From the NCBI GenBank assembly GCA_028280285.1, contig JANQMA010000042.1, positions 3,572 through 67,571 on the forward strand: 64,000 bases of DNA, in the 5' to 3' direction. Under the pieces are notes generated by a model. That model was not told the origin of the DNA. It was given only the letters and a program-made list of their open reading frames with translations, and made no database searches. This document shows positions 9,016 to 18,309 of this stretch, in pieces. Position 1 is the stretch's first letter. Every line of letters starts with the position of its first letter. The DNA comes from Candidatus Omnitrophota bacterium. Its GTDB lineage: Bacteria > Omnitrophota > Gorgyraeia > Zapsychrales > Zapsychraceae. Both the position numbers and the translations under genes were made by a program.

Positions 9016-9372
9016 ATGGACATTTCAATCAATATTGAACATCGCCCTTGGGGATTTTATATTAAACTTTTTCAAGAGTCGGGTGTGTGGGTTAAGCGTG
9101 TAGAGGTCAAGCCTGGCTGCCGGTTAAGTTTGCAAAAACATGAACACCGTTCAGAAAAGTGGAATATTGTCACCGGAATCGGATTAATCAATCTTGATGA
9201 TCAAGAAATCAAAATAGGCCCTGGTTCGGTTATTGACATACCACTTGGGGCTGTGCATCGTATAGCTAATACCGGGGATGCGCCTCTTGTTTTTATTGAA
9301 GTGGCCTGCGGAGATAACTTGACCGAAGAAGATATTATTCGTATTGAGGATGACTATAAGAGGGATGCTTAA
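9016..9372 (+). CDS. Stand-alone mannose-6-phosphate isomerase type II cupin domain
   Basis: HRPWG, RLSLQKHEHRSEKW, HRIAN, IEV, EEDIIRIEDDY; start moved to ATG 9016 behind AAGGAG. Confidence 0.88.
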   Translation: MDISINIEHRPWGFYIKLFQESGVWVKRVEVKPGCRLSLQKHEHRSEKWNIVTGIGLINLDDQEIKIGPGSVIDIPLGAVHRIANTGDAPLVFIEVACGDNLTEEDIIRIEDDYKRDA

Positions 9373-10315
9373 AAATTTCCTAATTACAGGCGGCGCAGGT
9401 TTTATTGGTTCTCATTTTATCCGGCATCTTTTTCGTAACTATCCTTCCTATCAAATCAACAATCTCGATATTCTTAATTATGCTTCTAATCTTCACTTTT
9501 TAGAAGAAGCTGCCTTATCTGATCGGTACCGGTTTGTAAAAGAGGATGTTTGCAAAACACATAACTATTATTCTTTACTAGGAGAAGTTGATTGTATTGT
9601 GCACTTTGCCGCCCAGACACATGTTGACCGTTCGTTTAATGTGGTCGATGAGTTTATCCACGACAATATTGAGGGAACAGAGAAGTTGCTGGCGGCGATA
9701 CATAATTTAGAAAATATCAAACGTTTTGTGTATATTTCGACTGACGAAGTTTATGGGCCAATCGAACAAGGGTATGTTGATGAAAATGCAGTATTTAATC
9801 CAACTAATCCTTATGCGAAGACAAAGGCGACGGCAGATGCGGCTGTTCAGGAGTTTATAAAGCAGACTAATGTCCCTGCCATCATTATAAGACCGTCAAA
9901 TAATTTTGGTCCTAATCAGCACTTTGAGAAATTCATTCCAACTGTTATCACTAAAGCACTTAATCATTTTAGTGTTCCTGTTTATGGAGATGGGCACTAT
10001 TACCGTGAGTGGATTTATGTGGAAGATTGTGTGCGGGCCATTGATTTAATTATCCATAAAGGGCAGCCGGGGGAAATCTATAATGTAGGATCCAACAATA
10101 TTTGGAGTAATCTTGATTTAGCGAAAAAGATTATTAAGTTATGTGACAGGTCCGAAGGATTAATCGAGTTTGTCAGGGATCGTCCTGTACACGACAGACG
10201 CTATGCAATGGATTGCCGTAAACTTGCTAAACTTGGGTTTGAAATCAAAAGCGACTTTGAATTCTGCCTGCTGCGGACAATTGATTATTATTTGGATAAG
10301 ATCAGCAGGGGGTAG
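9365..10315 (+). CDS. rfbB: dTDP-glucose 4,6-dehydratase
   Basis: LITGGAGFIGS, HFAAQTHVDRS, ISTDEVYG, NPYAKTKA, NNFGPNQHFEK, DRPVHDRRY. Confidence 0.88.
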   Translation: MLKNFLITGGAGFIGSHFIRHLFRNYPSYQINNLDILNYASNLHFLEEAALSDRYRFVKEDVCKTHNYYSLLGEVDCIVHFAAQTHVDRSFNVVDEFIHDNIEGTEKLLAAIHNLENIKRFVYISTDEVYGPIEQGYVDENAVFNPTNPYAKTKATADAAVQEFIKQTNVPAIIIRPSNNFGPNQHFEKFIPTVITKALNHFSVPVYGDGHYYREWIYVEDCVRAIDLIIHKGQPGEIYNVGSNNIWSNLDLAKKIIKLCDRSEGLIEFVRDRPVHDRRYAMDCRKLAKLGFEIKSDFEFCLLRTIDYYLDKISRG

Positions 10316-10321
10316 TATCTT

Positions 10322-11686
10322 TTACTGCTTGCGCAAGTGCGACGGGAGGATATTTAGCTCTTTGCGGTATTTGCTTACGGTGCGGCGGGCAACTTTCATT
10401 TTTCTTTTCTCTAATATCTCTAAAATTTCTTGATCAGAAAAAGGTTGTTGTTTATTTTCCTCTTGGACAATCATACGCAGTTCTTCTTTAACGCTGCGGT
10501 TTGATATACTTTGATGGTTTCCATTTTTGGATACAGCTTGTGAAAAGAAATATTTAAGAGGAAATATGCCTTGAGGGGAATCCACGTATTTATTGCAAAT
10601 TGCGCGTGAAACTGTAGATTCATTGCGTCCTATTGTTCGGGCAATGTCGGCCAAGACCATTGGTTTAAGCGCGCTATAGCCTTCTTTAAAAAATTCCTGT
10701 TGATTGTTAACAATATAATCAGCGATCTCTTTAATGGTACTTTGTCTTTGTTCAATGCTTTTAATAAAGAGAAGGGCGCTTTTGATTTTGTCTTTGATGA
10801 ACTGCGTTTCTTCTGTGGTGCTGTTTGGCCGGTTGAGCATATTTTTATAGGCGGCGCTTACACGCAGCTGTGGGATGTACTCATTGGTGACGGTGGCCAC
10901 AAAATGATCATCCTGCTCAGTAATGATGATATCCGGTTTAATATAAAGATTGGCCGGTACTTCACTGAATTTTCTAGCCGGTTTTGGTTCCAGGGTCGCG
11001 ATTTCTTTAGCGTAAAGTCTGACATCCTCAGGACTGATTTTTAGTTTGCGTGCAATCGTATCAAACCTTTTCATGGCAAGGTCATCCAGATGGTCACGAA
11101 TGATAGATTGTATCATCTCACTATGTCCGTTAAAACGAAAGGGGATTTGTGCCAAAAGGCATTCTCTTAAATGGCGTGCCCCGATGCCCACAGGATCAAA
11201 AGTTTGAATTTGTTTCAGGATATTTTCCAGTTTATCGATATCAGCGATATTTAGCTCTTTTGCGATCTGTTGCATATTGCCCTCAAAGTAGCCGTCATTA
11301 TTGATGTAACTGATCAACAATTCCCCGATAGCAATATCCTGTGGATTATTCATTTCCACACGTAGTTGTTTAAGAAGATGTTCCTCAATGCCGATTGGTT
11401 TGGCAATGGGTTTTTCATCAGCGGTGTCATCATCACTGAAAAATGTGTCATTGACCGGTGTGATTGAATTTTGCTCGAAATTCTTTTTATTGTGGATGAT
11501 ATCGTTAATATAGCGGCTCAGTGTGGCTTCAACGTCCTCGGATTCAAGGACTGGGTTGGACTCCATTTCTGCCTCAATGGCTGTGCCCAGTTCAGCGATA
11601 GGTAGTTGCAGAACCTCGATTGATTGCTTCATCACAGGGGCAAAAATCTGCTTTTGGACTTGTTTTGTATTTTGTCTTAATTTCAT
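10322..11686 (-). CDS. rpoN: RNA polymerase sigma-54 factor
   Basis: Gln/Leu-rich region I, DPVGIGAR, HTH NESTVSRA, RpoN box VARRTVSKYR. Confidence 0.97.
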   Translation of the reverse strand: MKLRQNTKQVQKQIFAPVMKQSIEVLQLPIAELGTAIEAEMESNPVLESEDVEATLSRYINDIIHNKKNFEQNSITPVNDTFFSDDDTADEKPIAKPIGIEEHLLKQLRVEMNNPQDIAIGELLISYINNDGYFEGNMQQIAKELNIADIDKLENILKQIQTFDPVGIGARHLRECLLAQIPFRFNGHSEMIQSIIRDHLDDLAMKRFDTIARKLKISPEDVRLYAKEIATLEPKPARKFSEVPANLYIKPDIIITEQDDHFVATVTNEYIPQLRVSAAYKNMLNRPNSTTEETQFIKDKIKSALLFIKSIEQRQSTIKEIADYIVNNQQEFFKEGYSALKPMVLADIARTIGRNESTVSRAICNKYVDSPQGIFPLKYFFSQAVSKNGNHQSISNRSVKEELRMIVQEENKQQPFSDQEILEILEKRKMKVARRTVSKYRKELNILPSHLRKQ

Positions 11687-11710
11687 AGCTCGCAGCCTTG
11701 AATTTATTTA

Positions 11711-11726
11711 TGCAAGAAGTATACCA
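11711..11726 (-). promoter_or_regulatory. Sigma54 -24/-12 site upstream of rpoN
   Basis: Minus strand TGGTAT-ACTTC-TTGCA with correct GG-N10-GC spacing, 25 nt upstream of the rpoN ATG. Confidence 0.7.
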
Positions 11727-11846
11727 CATTTTGATAGGGGGGCAAATTTTTTTCAGTCAGGCTGTAACTTACTAATATATATGTAAATATAAGAATTATT
11801 TTTTAGATGAATTCATTTCGTTCATAAAATAGCTTGCGATCGGCAC

Positions 11847-11864
11847 TGTTTATTAAAATAGACA
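11847..11864. promoter_or_regulatory. Palindromic putative enhancer (bEBP) site
   Basis: TGTTTA-TTAAAA-TAGACA (TGT-N12-ACA). Confidence 0.55.
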
Positions 11865-11887
11865 TTGTTCTAACTTGTTGCTATAAT
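11859..11887 (+). promoter_or_regulatory. Sigma70-type promoter toward the EPS operon
   Basis: TAGACA-17 nt-TATAAT with extended TG. Confidence 0.6.
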
Positions 11888-11926
11888 GCCTTTTCCAGGA
11901 ATGTCCGGGTATGTCCTGGACACAGA

Positions 11927-11944
11927 TGTTTAATCATTTAAACA
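11927..11944. promoter_or_regulatory. Palindromic putative enhancer (bEBP) site
   Basis: TGTTTA-ATCATT-TAAACA, about 100 bp upstream of a -24/-12 promoter. Confidence 0.6.
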
Positions 11945-12044
11945 ATCGGAATGTGTGGGTGGGTTAGTTAAGCAGTACGGCACATCATTACAAGTTGTTT
12001 TATACCAGCTATTTATGTATTTAAAAGTGACTATCTGAGGTAGT

Positions 12045-12060
12045 TGGCATGTTATTTGCT
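12045..12060 (+). promoter_or_regulatory. Sigma54 promoter of the EPS operon
   Basis: TGGCAT-GTTAT-TTGCT matches TGGCAC-N5-TTGCW. Confidence 0.85.
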
Positions 12061-12130
12061 TATGTTGGAGGTAAGAGATTCGGGGGGAGCCGAACACAAC
12101 AAGGAAGAATATAAACTAAGGAGAATAATA

Positions 12131-12319
12131 GTGAATAAGCGAATGACTATCACAGAAGTGGCTGAGCTTGTCGGGATCAGCCCAAAGACCATTGTCCGTT
12201 GGGAGAAGGTCGGAAAGGTTAAGAAAGCAAAACGCGACTGGAGAGGATGGCGTGTTTATGATGAAAGCGATTTGACCGATATCCGCCAATTCCGCGAGAC
12301 CATTGTTGAAGTAAACTAA
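12131..12319 (+). CDS. Small MerR-family winged-HTH protein (BldC-like, no effector domain)
   Basis: 62 aa, MTITEVAELVGISPKTIVRWEKVGK...GWRVY; GTG start behind AAGGAG. Confidence 0.85.
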   Translation: MNKRMTITEVAELVGISPKTIVRWEKVGKVKKAKRDWRGWRVYDESDLTDIRQFRETIVEVN

Positions 12320-12345
12320 CCTTTTTATTTGTGGAGTGTAACGAA

Positions 12346-13086
12346 ATGAGATTATTGATGAATAAATATAGTTGCTCTGTCCTGATAGTTGTGTTTGTCC
12401 TATTGTTTTGGACAACATCAGCCGGGGCACAAACGAATTTTGGCGATGTCATCGAAAGCGAAGAGACCTTAAGCGGGCAAGAATTATTACCACAACCAAG
12501 TAAATTATATACACTTGGTATTGATGATGTCATTGCAATAAACGTGTTAAGGCATCCAGAGGTGAGCGGCGAGTATATGGTTAATAATGAAGGTAATATT
12601 CAGTACGAATTCGTTGGAGATCTTTCTATTAAAAATAAAACAAAAAAGGAAGTGAAAGAGATCATTGAGCAGGCTTTGGAAAAATATATTATAGCGCCGG
12701 AGGTGACGGTTAAAATTATAGGGTATAACAGTAAAGTTGTTTATGTGATCGGAGAGGTTGGTCGACCCGGTAAAATATTTATTAGGGGAGATACGATTAC
12801 AATCCGTGAGGCACTTGTGCAGGCAGGGTTACCTACATTAAGTGCAAAGGCATCAAACAGTATGCTTATTACGCCAACGGAAGATGGCAAACCGGTTCAA
12901 ACCAAAGTTAATGTTAAGAAGCTTTTATTTGAAGGGGATTTAAGGGAAAATCTAGTTATGAAGCCCGGCGACACACTTTATGTGCCACCAACAGCGATGG
13001 CCAAGGCTATGCGGGTGATTCAACCAATTACAGCTCCGATTACAAATGCTGGTGGAGCTGCGCGTACGGTGACAACAGGATTTTAA
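12346..13086 (+). CDS. Polysaccharide export protein (Wza/OPX-like, Poly_export + SLBB)
   Basis: YTLGIDDVIAINV, EGNIQYEFVG, VYVIGEVGRPG, MKPGDTLYVP. Confidence 0.88.
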   Translation: MRLLMNKYSCSVLIVVFVLLFWTTSAGAQTNFGDVIESEETLSGQELLPQPSKLYTLGIDDVIAINVLRHPEVSGEYMVNNEGNIQYEFVGDLSIKNKTKKEVKEIIEQALEKYIIAPEVTVKIIGYNSKVVYVIGEVGRPGKIFIRGDTITIREALVQAGLPTLSAKASNSMLITPTEDGKPVQTKVNVKKLLFEGDLRENLVMKPGDTLYVPPTAMAKAMRVIQPITAPITNAGGAARTVTTGF

Positions 13087-13088
13087 AT

Positions 13089-13150
13089 TTAGTTGTTTGT
13101 TGTTAGGGGAATTTTTTTCAACAACTAACAACCGACAACAAACAACTAAT
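13089..13150. repeat. Inverted heptamer-repeat palindrome, unit GTTGTTA / AACAACT
   Basis: TTAGTTG TTTGTTG TTAG ... CAACAAC TAACAAC CGACAAC AAACAAC TAA. Confidence 0.8.
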
Positions 13151-13167
13151 AAATAAAGGACAAATTA

Positions 13168-14451
13168 ATGAGCGAAACACCAACAATATCACCAATGAAT
13201 TATTTGAAGATTTTCTTTAGACGCAAAGAGATGCTGATCATTCCGGCCATACTTGGTCTTGTGGTGGGAATTTGTACCAGTATGGTTCTTCCTAAAAAAT
13301 ATGTGTCATCTACGGTTTTACTGGTTGAAGATGGAAAGACGGATAATCCTTTATTTGCCCAGATCGCTGTTTCAACAACAATTCAACAGCGTTTGGCAAC
13401 CATTCGTGAATCGATGCTCGGCTGGAATAGTGTGGTTAAGTTAGTTAAACGACTCGGAATGGATAAAGAAATTAAGACACAGAAAGAGTTCGAAAGCCTT
13501 ATTTCCAAAATACGAAGAAATATTATTATTAAATTAAAAAGCAATAATATCATTAATCTGTCCTACGTAGGGGATGAGCCCAAGCAGACACAGTTAGTTG
13601 TTAAAAATATTACCGATATATTTATAGAACGCAACGTAGATATTCAAAATGAAGATACGACGGATGCTGTTGTTTTTATTGAAGAGCAATTAAAGGTTTA
13701 CCGCAGTAAGATTAAATCCTCTGAAATTGCTAAATTAAAAGAAAGTCTTAACACGCTTCTTGTTGATTCAACCGAAGCCCATCCGCGTGTTAAACAATTG
13801 AGAGAATTAATTAAAGCAAAGCAAAATGAGCTAAAAAAAGAAAATCTCGAATATATTGAAACCACACCGACGGATTTTGATAAAGATAATCCTATTATTT
13901 CTGAAATTAAAAAGACATTGGATACGATGGAACAAAAAACAGAAAGCAATGTAAAAAAAGAAGGAATTGATGAGCAAAATCTGTATAAGGTTATGTTGAT
14001 AGATAAGTTAGACAATGCGATGGCGCGTGATGAAAATGTAAACAATAAGATTTATAATATGTTGCTAGAGAGATTGGAGACTGCCAAAATCACACAACGT
14101 TTGCAATCGTCCAAAGAAGGAACGCGCTACACGGTTCTTGATCCGCCACGTGTACCGCTGACTCATTCAAAACCAAATAAAAAGGTCGTGGCTGCTGCCG
14201 GTCTTGCCATTGGACTGGGAATCGGTATTGGATTGATTTTTATCAGTGAATTTTTGGACAAATCCTTTTTGGATGTTGAAGAGGCTAATCACTTTTTTGG
14301 ACAACCTTTGCTTGGAGCGATTTCAAAAATTACAACGGAAGATAATATTAAAAAAGAACGTGAAAAGGCGATATGCCTTTATACGATAACTCTTATAGTC
14401 GGCATCGCTGCCGTCATGATTACAAAGGCTGTTGTTAATTTTCAAGGATAA
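13168..14451 (+). CDS. Polysaccharide chain-length determinant (Wzz / Wzc membrane part)
   Basis: N-terminal TM plus LPKKYVSS, TEAHPRV, coiled coil, VLDPPRVP..PNK, Gly-rich TM, PLLGAI. Confidence 0.88.
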   Translation: MSETPTISPMNYLKIFFRRKEMLIIPAILGLVVGICTSMVLPKKYVSSTVLLVEDGKTDNPLFAQIAVSTTIQQRLATIRESMLGWNSVVKLVKRLGMDKEIKTQKEFESLISKIRRNIIIKLKSNNIINLSYVGDEPKQTQLVVKNITDIFIERNVDIQNEDTTDAVVFIEEQLKVYRSKIKSSEIAKLKESLNTLLVDSTEAHPRVKQLRELIKAKQNELKKENLEYIETTPTDFDKDNPIISEIKKTLDTMEQKTESNVKKEGIDEQNLYKVMLIDKLDNAMARDENVNNKIYNMLLERLETAKITQRLQSSKEGTRYTVLDPPRVPLTHSKPNKKVVAAAGLAIGLGIGIGLIFISEFLDKSFLDVEEANHFFGQPLLGAISKITTEDNIKKEREKAICLYTITLIVGIAAVMITKAVVNFQG

Positions 14452-14463
14452 GAGGTAGTTAAT

Positions 14464-15330
14464 ATGTATGATTCATTTTATAAATTTAAAGAGCCGCCAT
14501 TTAATTTAACGCCGAATTCACGCTTTTTCTTTGAAAGTGATCGGCATACAGAGGCACTCAGTACACTTTATTATGCGATTGAACAGCGTAAGGGTTTTGT
14601 TGTTATAACCGGGGACATTGGATCGGGCAAAACAACTGTTTGCCGTGCACTTATCAATAAATTAAGTGCCAACACGCAAGTAGCGCTTGTGACTAATACC
14701 CATTTAAGCGGTAAAGACCTTTTGGTAAGTATTTTAGATGATTTGGAAGTTGATTATAAGCCGGGCTCAAAAGCTAAGCTGCATGGACAACTTAATGATT
14801 ATTTGATTCAGCAGTTATCAAGAGATAATAATGTTGTTCTAATCATCGATGAGGCGCAGAATTTAACACCGTCTGTTTTAGAAGAGGTCCGCATGCTTTC
14901 AAACCTTGAGACAGAGAATGAAAAACTGATCCAGATTTTGTTTTTAGGACAACCCGAGCTTAAGAAAAAGTTATCGCTTGGAAAACTTGAGCAGTTGCGT
15001 CAACGTATAGCGGTATATTATGAGTTGGCTCCACTTTCGGCGGACGATACACGCAAGTATATTAAACACCGTTTACAAGTTGCGAGTGAAAGCGACCGTG
15101 AATACTTTACAGAAGGGGCGATTGCGCGGGTGTGCGAATTCTCCGGCGGTGTGCCGCGGCTTATTAATAGCACGTGCGACAATGCGCTTTTAACAGGATT
15201 TGCCGAAGGAAAGGATAAGATTGGATTAGATATTATCGAAGAGGTTATTGCCGAGTCCCCAATGACACAGTTGGCACCCAAAATACCTAAGACAAAAATA
15301 AAAGAAGAAGAGTTAAGAGATATTAAATAA
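14464..15330 (+). CDS. ExeA-like AAA ATPase typical of PEP-CTERM/exosortase loci
   Basis: YKFKEPPF, GDIGSGKTT, IIDEAQNL, LGQPEL, LRQRI, SGGVPRLIN. Confidence 0.9.
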   Translation: MYDSFYKFKEPPFNLTPNSRFFFESDRHTEALSTLYYAIEQRKGFVVITGDIGSGKTTVCRALINKLSANTQVALVTNTHLSGKDLLVSILDDLEVDYKPGSKAKLHGQLNDYLIQQLSRDNNVVLIIDEAQNLTPSVLEEVRMLSNLETENEKLIQILFLGQPELKKKLSLGKLEQLRQRIAVYYELAPLSADDTRKYIKHRLQVASESDREYFTEGAIARVCEFSGGVPRLINSTCDNALLTGFAEGKDKIGLDIIEEVIAESPMTQLAPKIPKTKIKEEELRDIK

Positions 15331-15356
15331 GCTTAAGAAGAAGATAGAGGTTAAAT

Positions 15357-16142
15357 ATGGGAAAAATTACCAATGCACTTAAAAAAGCGGCTGAAGAGCG
15401 CATGGAACACCTCGATAAAAAGGTGAAACTTAAAGAACGCGAACGCTTTATTGTAAAAAAGGTAAGTGAATCGTCGGTTAATCCGGCAATTATTACACAT
15501 TTTGATCCAAAAGCTCTTGTCTCCGAGCAGTTCAAAGTACTTAGAACAAATATTCTCTCGATGAATAAAGGTGTGCCGCCAAAGGTGTTTGGTGTCACAA
15601 GTTCTATTCATGCCGAAGGAAAGACGGTGACATCGCTTAATTTGGCTGTCTCACTTTCTCAAGCGATGCATAAACCAAAGGTTCTTTTGGTTGATGCGGA
15701 TATGCGTAAAGGAAAAATGGCCAAATACCTTGGAGTCGATCAAAAGATCGGCTTGTCTGATATCCTGGAAGGTAAGGAAGGAAGTAAAGAAGCAATATTT
15801 AATATCGAAGATGAAAATTTAGCATTTATTGCATCAGGAGAAGTTCCGGAATATCCATCAGAACTATTGTCTTCGAAAACATTCAAGAATTTCCTAAGTG
15901 ATATGCGCAACCAATTTGATCATGTGATTATCGATACTCCGCCTATTGTGCCGGTAACAGATGCTGGTATTATTGGAGCCCAGCTTGATGGGTTAATTCT
16001 TGTTGTTCAAGCCGGACGTACACAAAGAGGGGTTGTAAGGCGTGCGGAGGAACTACTTTATCAATCACATTCAAAGGTGCTAGGGCATGTGTTGACGAAT
16101 ATTGAGTACCATTTACCGGAGTATATTTACCGGTATCTGTAG
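15357..16142 (+). CDS. CpsD/CapB-family tyrosine-protein kinase
   Basis: EQFKVLRTNI, AEGKT, LLVDADMRK, IIDTPP, C-terminal tyrosines. Confidence 0.92.
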   Translation: MGKITNALKKAAEERMEHLDKKVKLKERERFIVKKVSESSVNPAIITHFDPKALVSEQFKVLRTNILSMNKGVPPKVFGVTSSIHAEGKTVTSLNLAVSLSQAMHKPKVLLVDADMRKGKMAKYLGVDQKIGLSDILEGKEGSKEAIFNIEDENLAFIASGEVPEYPSELLSSKTFKNFLSDMRNQFDHVIIDTPPIVPVTDAGIIGAQLDGLILVVQAGRTQRGVVRRAEELLYQSHSKVLGHVLTNIEYHLPEYIYRYL

Positions 16143-16151
16143 AGATTATGT

Positions 16152-17009
16152 ATGGCACGTAAATTTTATAATGACTGGATTGAAAGTGCACTCGATATCC
16201 TGCCCAAATGTTTTTTGACAGATTTGTTTTATTCCTATTGGAGGTTTACGGCCATTAATAAACGTATGCCGAATTTTTTTTCCCCGAAAGGGATAAATGA
16301 AAAAATTCATTATATTAAGCTTTTTAACAGAGCAAATGTTAATTGTGATTGGGCTGATAAATATTTGGTAAGAGAATATGTGAAACAAAAAATTGGTGAA
16401 CACTTTTTAGTACCTTTGTTAGGAGTTTATGAGTCGGTTGATGACATAAATTTTAATGAACTGCCGGATCAGTTTGTTTTGAAATGTACGCATACATCGG
16501 GATACAATGTTCTTTGCCGAAACCGAAAAGATTTTGATGTTGAGCATGCAAAGAAAAAATTACAAGAAGGGTTGTGTTTAAATTATTACGATAAAAGAAG
16601 AGAGTGGGTGTATAAAAATTTAAAACCCCGTATTGTGTGCGAAAAATATATTGGAGATATGTGGGATTACAAATTTTGGTGTTTTCACGGGGAGCCCCGA
16701 TTTTTGCAAGTTGATATGGGTAGATTTACCAACCATACAAGAAATTTTTATGATACCGATTGGGTGAGGCAGCCTTTTAAACAAGTTATGTACGATACTG
16801 GCGATGATTGTTTGAAGCCTGAAAATTTTGATAATATGGTTGAAATTGCAAAAAAATTGTCCAAGGGAACAAAATTACTTAGAGTCGATTTGTATTCGAT
16901 AAATGATAAAATTTATTTTGGAGAATTAACTTTTTATCCCGGGAATGGCTTGGAAAACTTTGAACCGCAAAAATATGAAAATATTTTAGGTGATTTATTA
17001 GTTGTATAA
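16152..17009 (+). CDS. TupA-like ATP-grasp amidoligase
   Basis: ADKYLVREYV, LPDQFVLKCTH, DYKFWCFHG, RVDLY, FGELTFYP. Confidence 0.9.
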   Translation: MARKFYNDWIESALDILPKCFLTDLFYSYWRFTAINKRMPNFFSPKGINEKIHYIKLFNRANVNCDWADKYLVREYVKQKIGEHFLVPLLGVYESVDDINFNELPDQFVLKCTHTSGYNVLCRNRKDFDVEHAKKKLQEGLCLNYYDKRREWVYKNLKPRIVCEKYIGDMWDYKFWCFHGEPRFLQVDMGRFTNHTRNFYDTDWVRQPFKQVMYDTGDDCLKPENFDNMVEIAKKLSKGTKLLRVDLYSINDKIYFGELTFYPGNGLENFEPQKYENILGDLLVV

Positions 17010-17020
17010 ATATTAAATTC

Positions 17021-17073
17021 AAGGGGAGCAGGCAATATTTAAAGATTTAAAATATTATCTGCTCTCTTTTTTT
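17021..17073 (+). terminator. Putative intrinsic terminator inside the EPS operon
   Basis: GGGGAGCAGGCAATATTT...AAATATTATCTGCTCTC followed by a T-run. Confidence 0.55.
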
Positions 17074-17094
17074 ACATAATTTATTAATATTAAT

Positions 17095-18309
17095 ATGAAT
17101 ATATTACATATTACAACTGCCGGTGAGTTTAGCATACTAGGTGCGAGAGATCCCAAAGATGATTTCGGAGGCGGGGTTACCAAGAATATGTTGGAGTGCG
17201 CGCGCTATGCCCGAAATAATGACCACTATAAGAGCTATATTGTTTGTGTCAATGAGTGCGGGTTTGTTCAACAAGCAAAAGAATATGGTTTTACGGTTAA
17301 TGTTATTTCGTCGTTCTGGATTAAGCTATTTGGGCGGCCGATTACTGTATGGATTAATGTTAAGCATCTCAAGGAAATTATTCGCAAGTATAAAATTGAT
17401 GTTGTTCATGCTTATAATTTTGCTGCCGGTTTAAGCGGTGGTATCGCGGCTAAACAATGCCGTGTGCCTATGGTTACAAGCGTTCATCAAGACATTAGTG
17501 ATTATGTTACTACAAGTAATAATATTATTATTAAAATTCTGAGTTTTTTAAGAAAATCTATTATTCTAAGTCTATGGCGATGGGGTACGGCACCCTTATC
17601 TAACAAAATACTTCCCGTTTCCAACTCAGTTGGGGATGAGGTTAAACAAATCGGTATAAACCATCAAAAAATTCAAACAGTATATAATGGGCTTGATTTT
17701 GAAAAATTGATGCAACAGGAAGATGCGATAGCAGGTATACGGAAGGAATTTAATATCACACATAATGATTATCTAATAGGATCGGTAGGACGCTTATCCC
17801 CTGTTAAGGGGTATGAATATCTAATCAGAACTGTATATGAGATTAAAAAAAACCACTCTAATGTCAAATTGATTTTAATAGGTGAGGGAGAAAAAAGAGT
17901 AGAACTTGAAAGTTTAATTAAAAAATTAAATATGGAAAATGATATGTTTTTGCCTGGATTTCGCATGGATGTAAATAAATGCATTAAGGAATTTGATTGT
18001 TTTGTCTTGCCTTCGTTGATGGAGGGCATGCCAACAGTCCTTTTAGAAGCTATGTATGCGAAGGTGCCTGTGGTGGCAACGGCGGTGAGTGGAACGCCGG
18101 AAATTGTTAAGGATTTAAAAACCGGACGTTTGGTGAGTCCAAAAGATGTAGCAGACCTGAAAGAAAAGATTGAGTATGTTTTAACAAGTCACTCGCAAGT
18201 TAAAGAAATGGTGGCGGCAGCCTATGAGATGACGGTTAATCATTTTAGCCTTGATAAGAAGGTTGCAACCTTAGCCCAAATATATAGCACAGCGAAAGGT
18301 AATCAATAA
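17095..18309 (+). CDS. GT4 glycosyltransferase
   Basis: VGRLSPVKG, PSLMEGMPTVLLEAM. Confidence 0.92.
   Translation: MNILHITTAGEFSILGARDPKDDFGGGVTKNMLECARYARNNDHYKSYIVCVNECGFVQQAKEYGFTVNVISSFWIKLFGRPITVWINVKHLKEIIRKYKIDVVHAYNFAAGLSGGIAAKQCRVPMVTSVHQDISDYVTTSNNIIIKILSFLRKSIILSLWRWGTAPLSNKILPVSNSVGDEVKQIGINHQKIQTVYNGLDFEKLMQQEDAIAGIRKEFNITHNDYLIGSVGRLSPVKGYEYLIRTVYEIKKNHSNVKLILIGEGEKRVELESLIKKLNMENDMFLPGFRMDVNKCIKEFDCFVLPSLMEGMPTVLLEAMYAKVPVVATAVSGTPEIVKDLKTGRLVSPKDVADLKEKIEYVLTSHSQVKEMVAAAYEMTVNHFSLDKKVATLAQIYSTAKGNQ

Noticed and set aside
12044-12130. N-terminal extension of the MerR-like ORF from TTG 12044
   Set aside because: It overlaps the sigma54 promoter; the RBS supports GTG 12131
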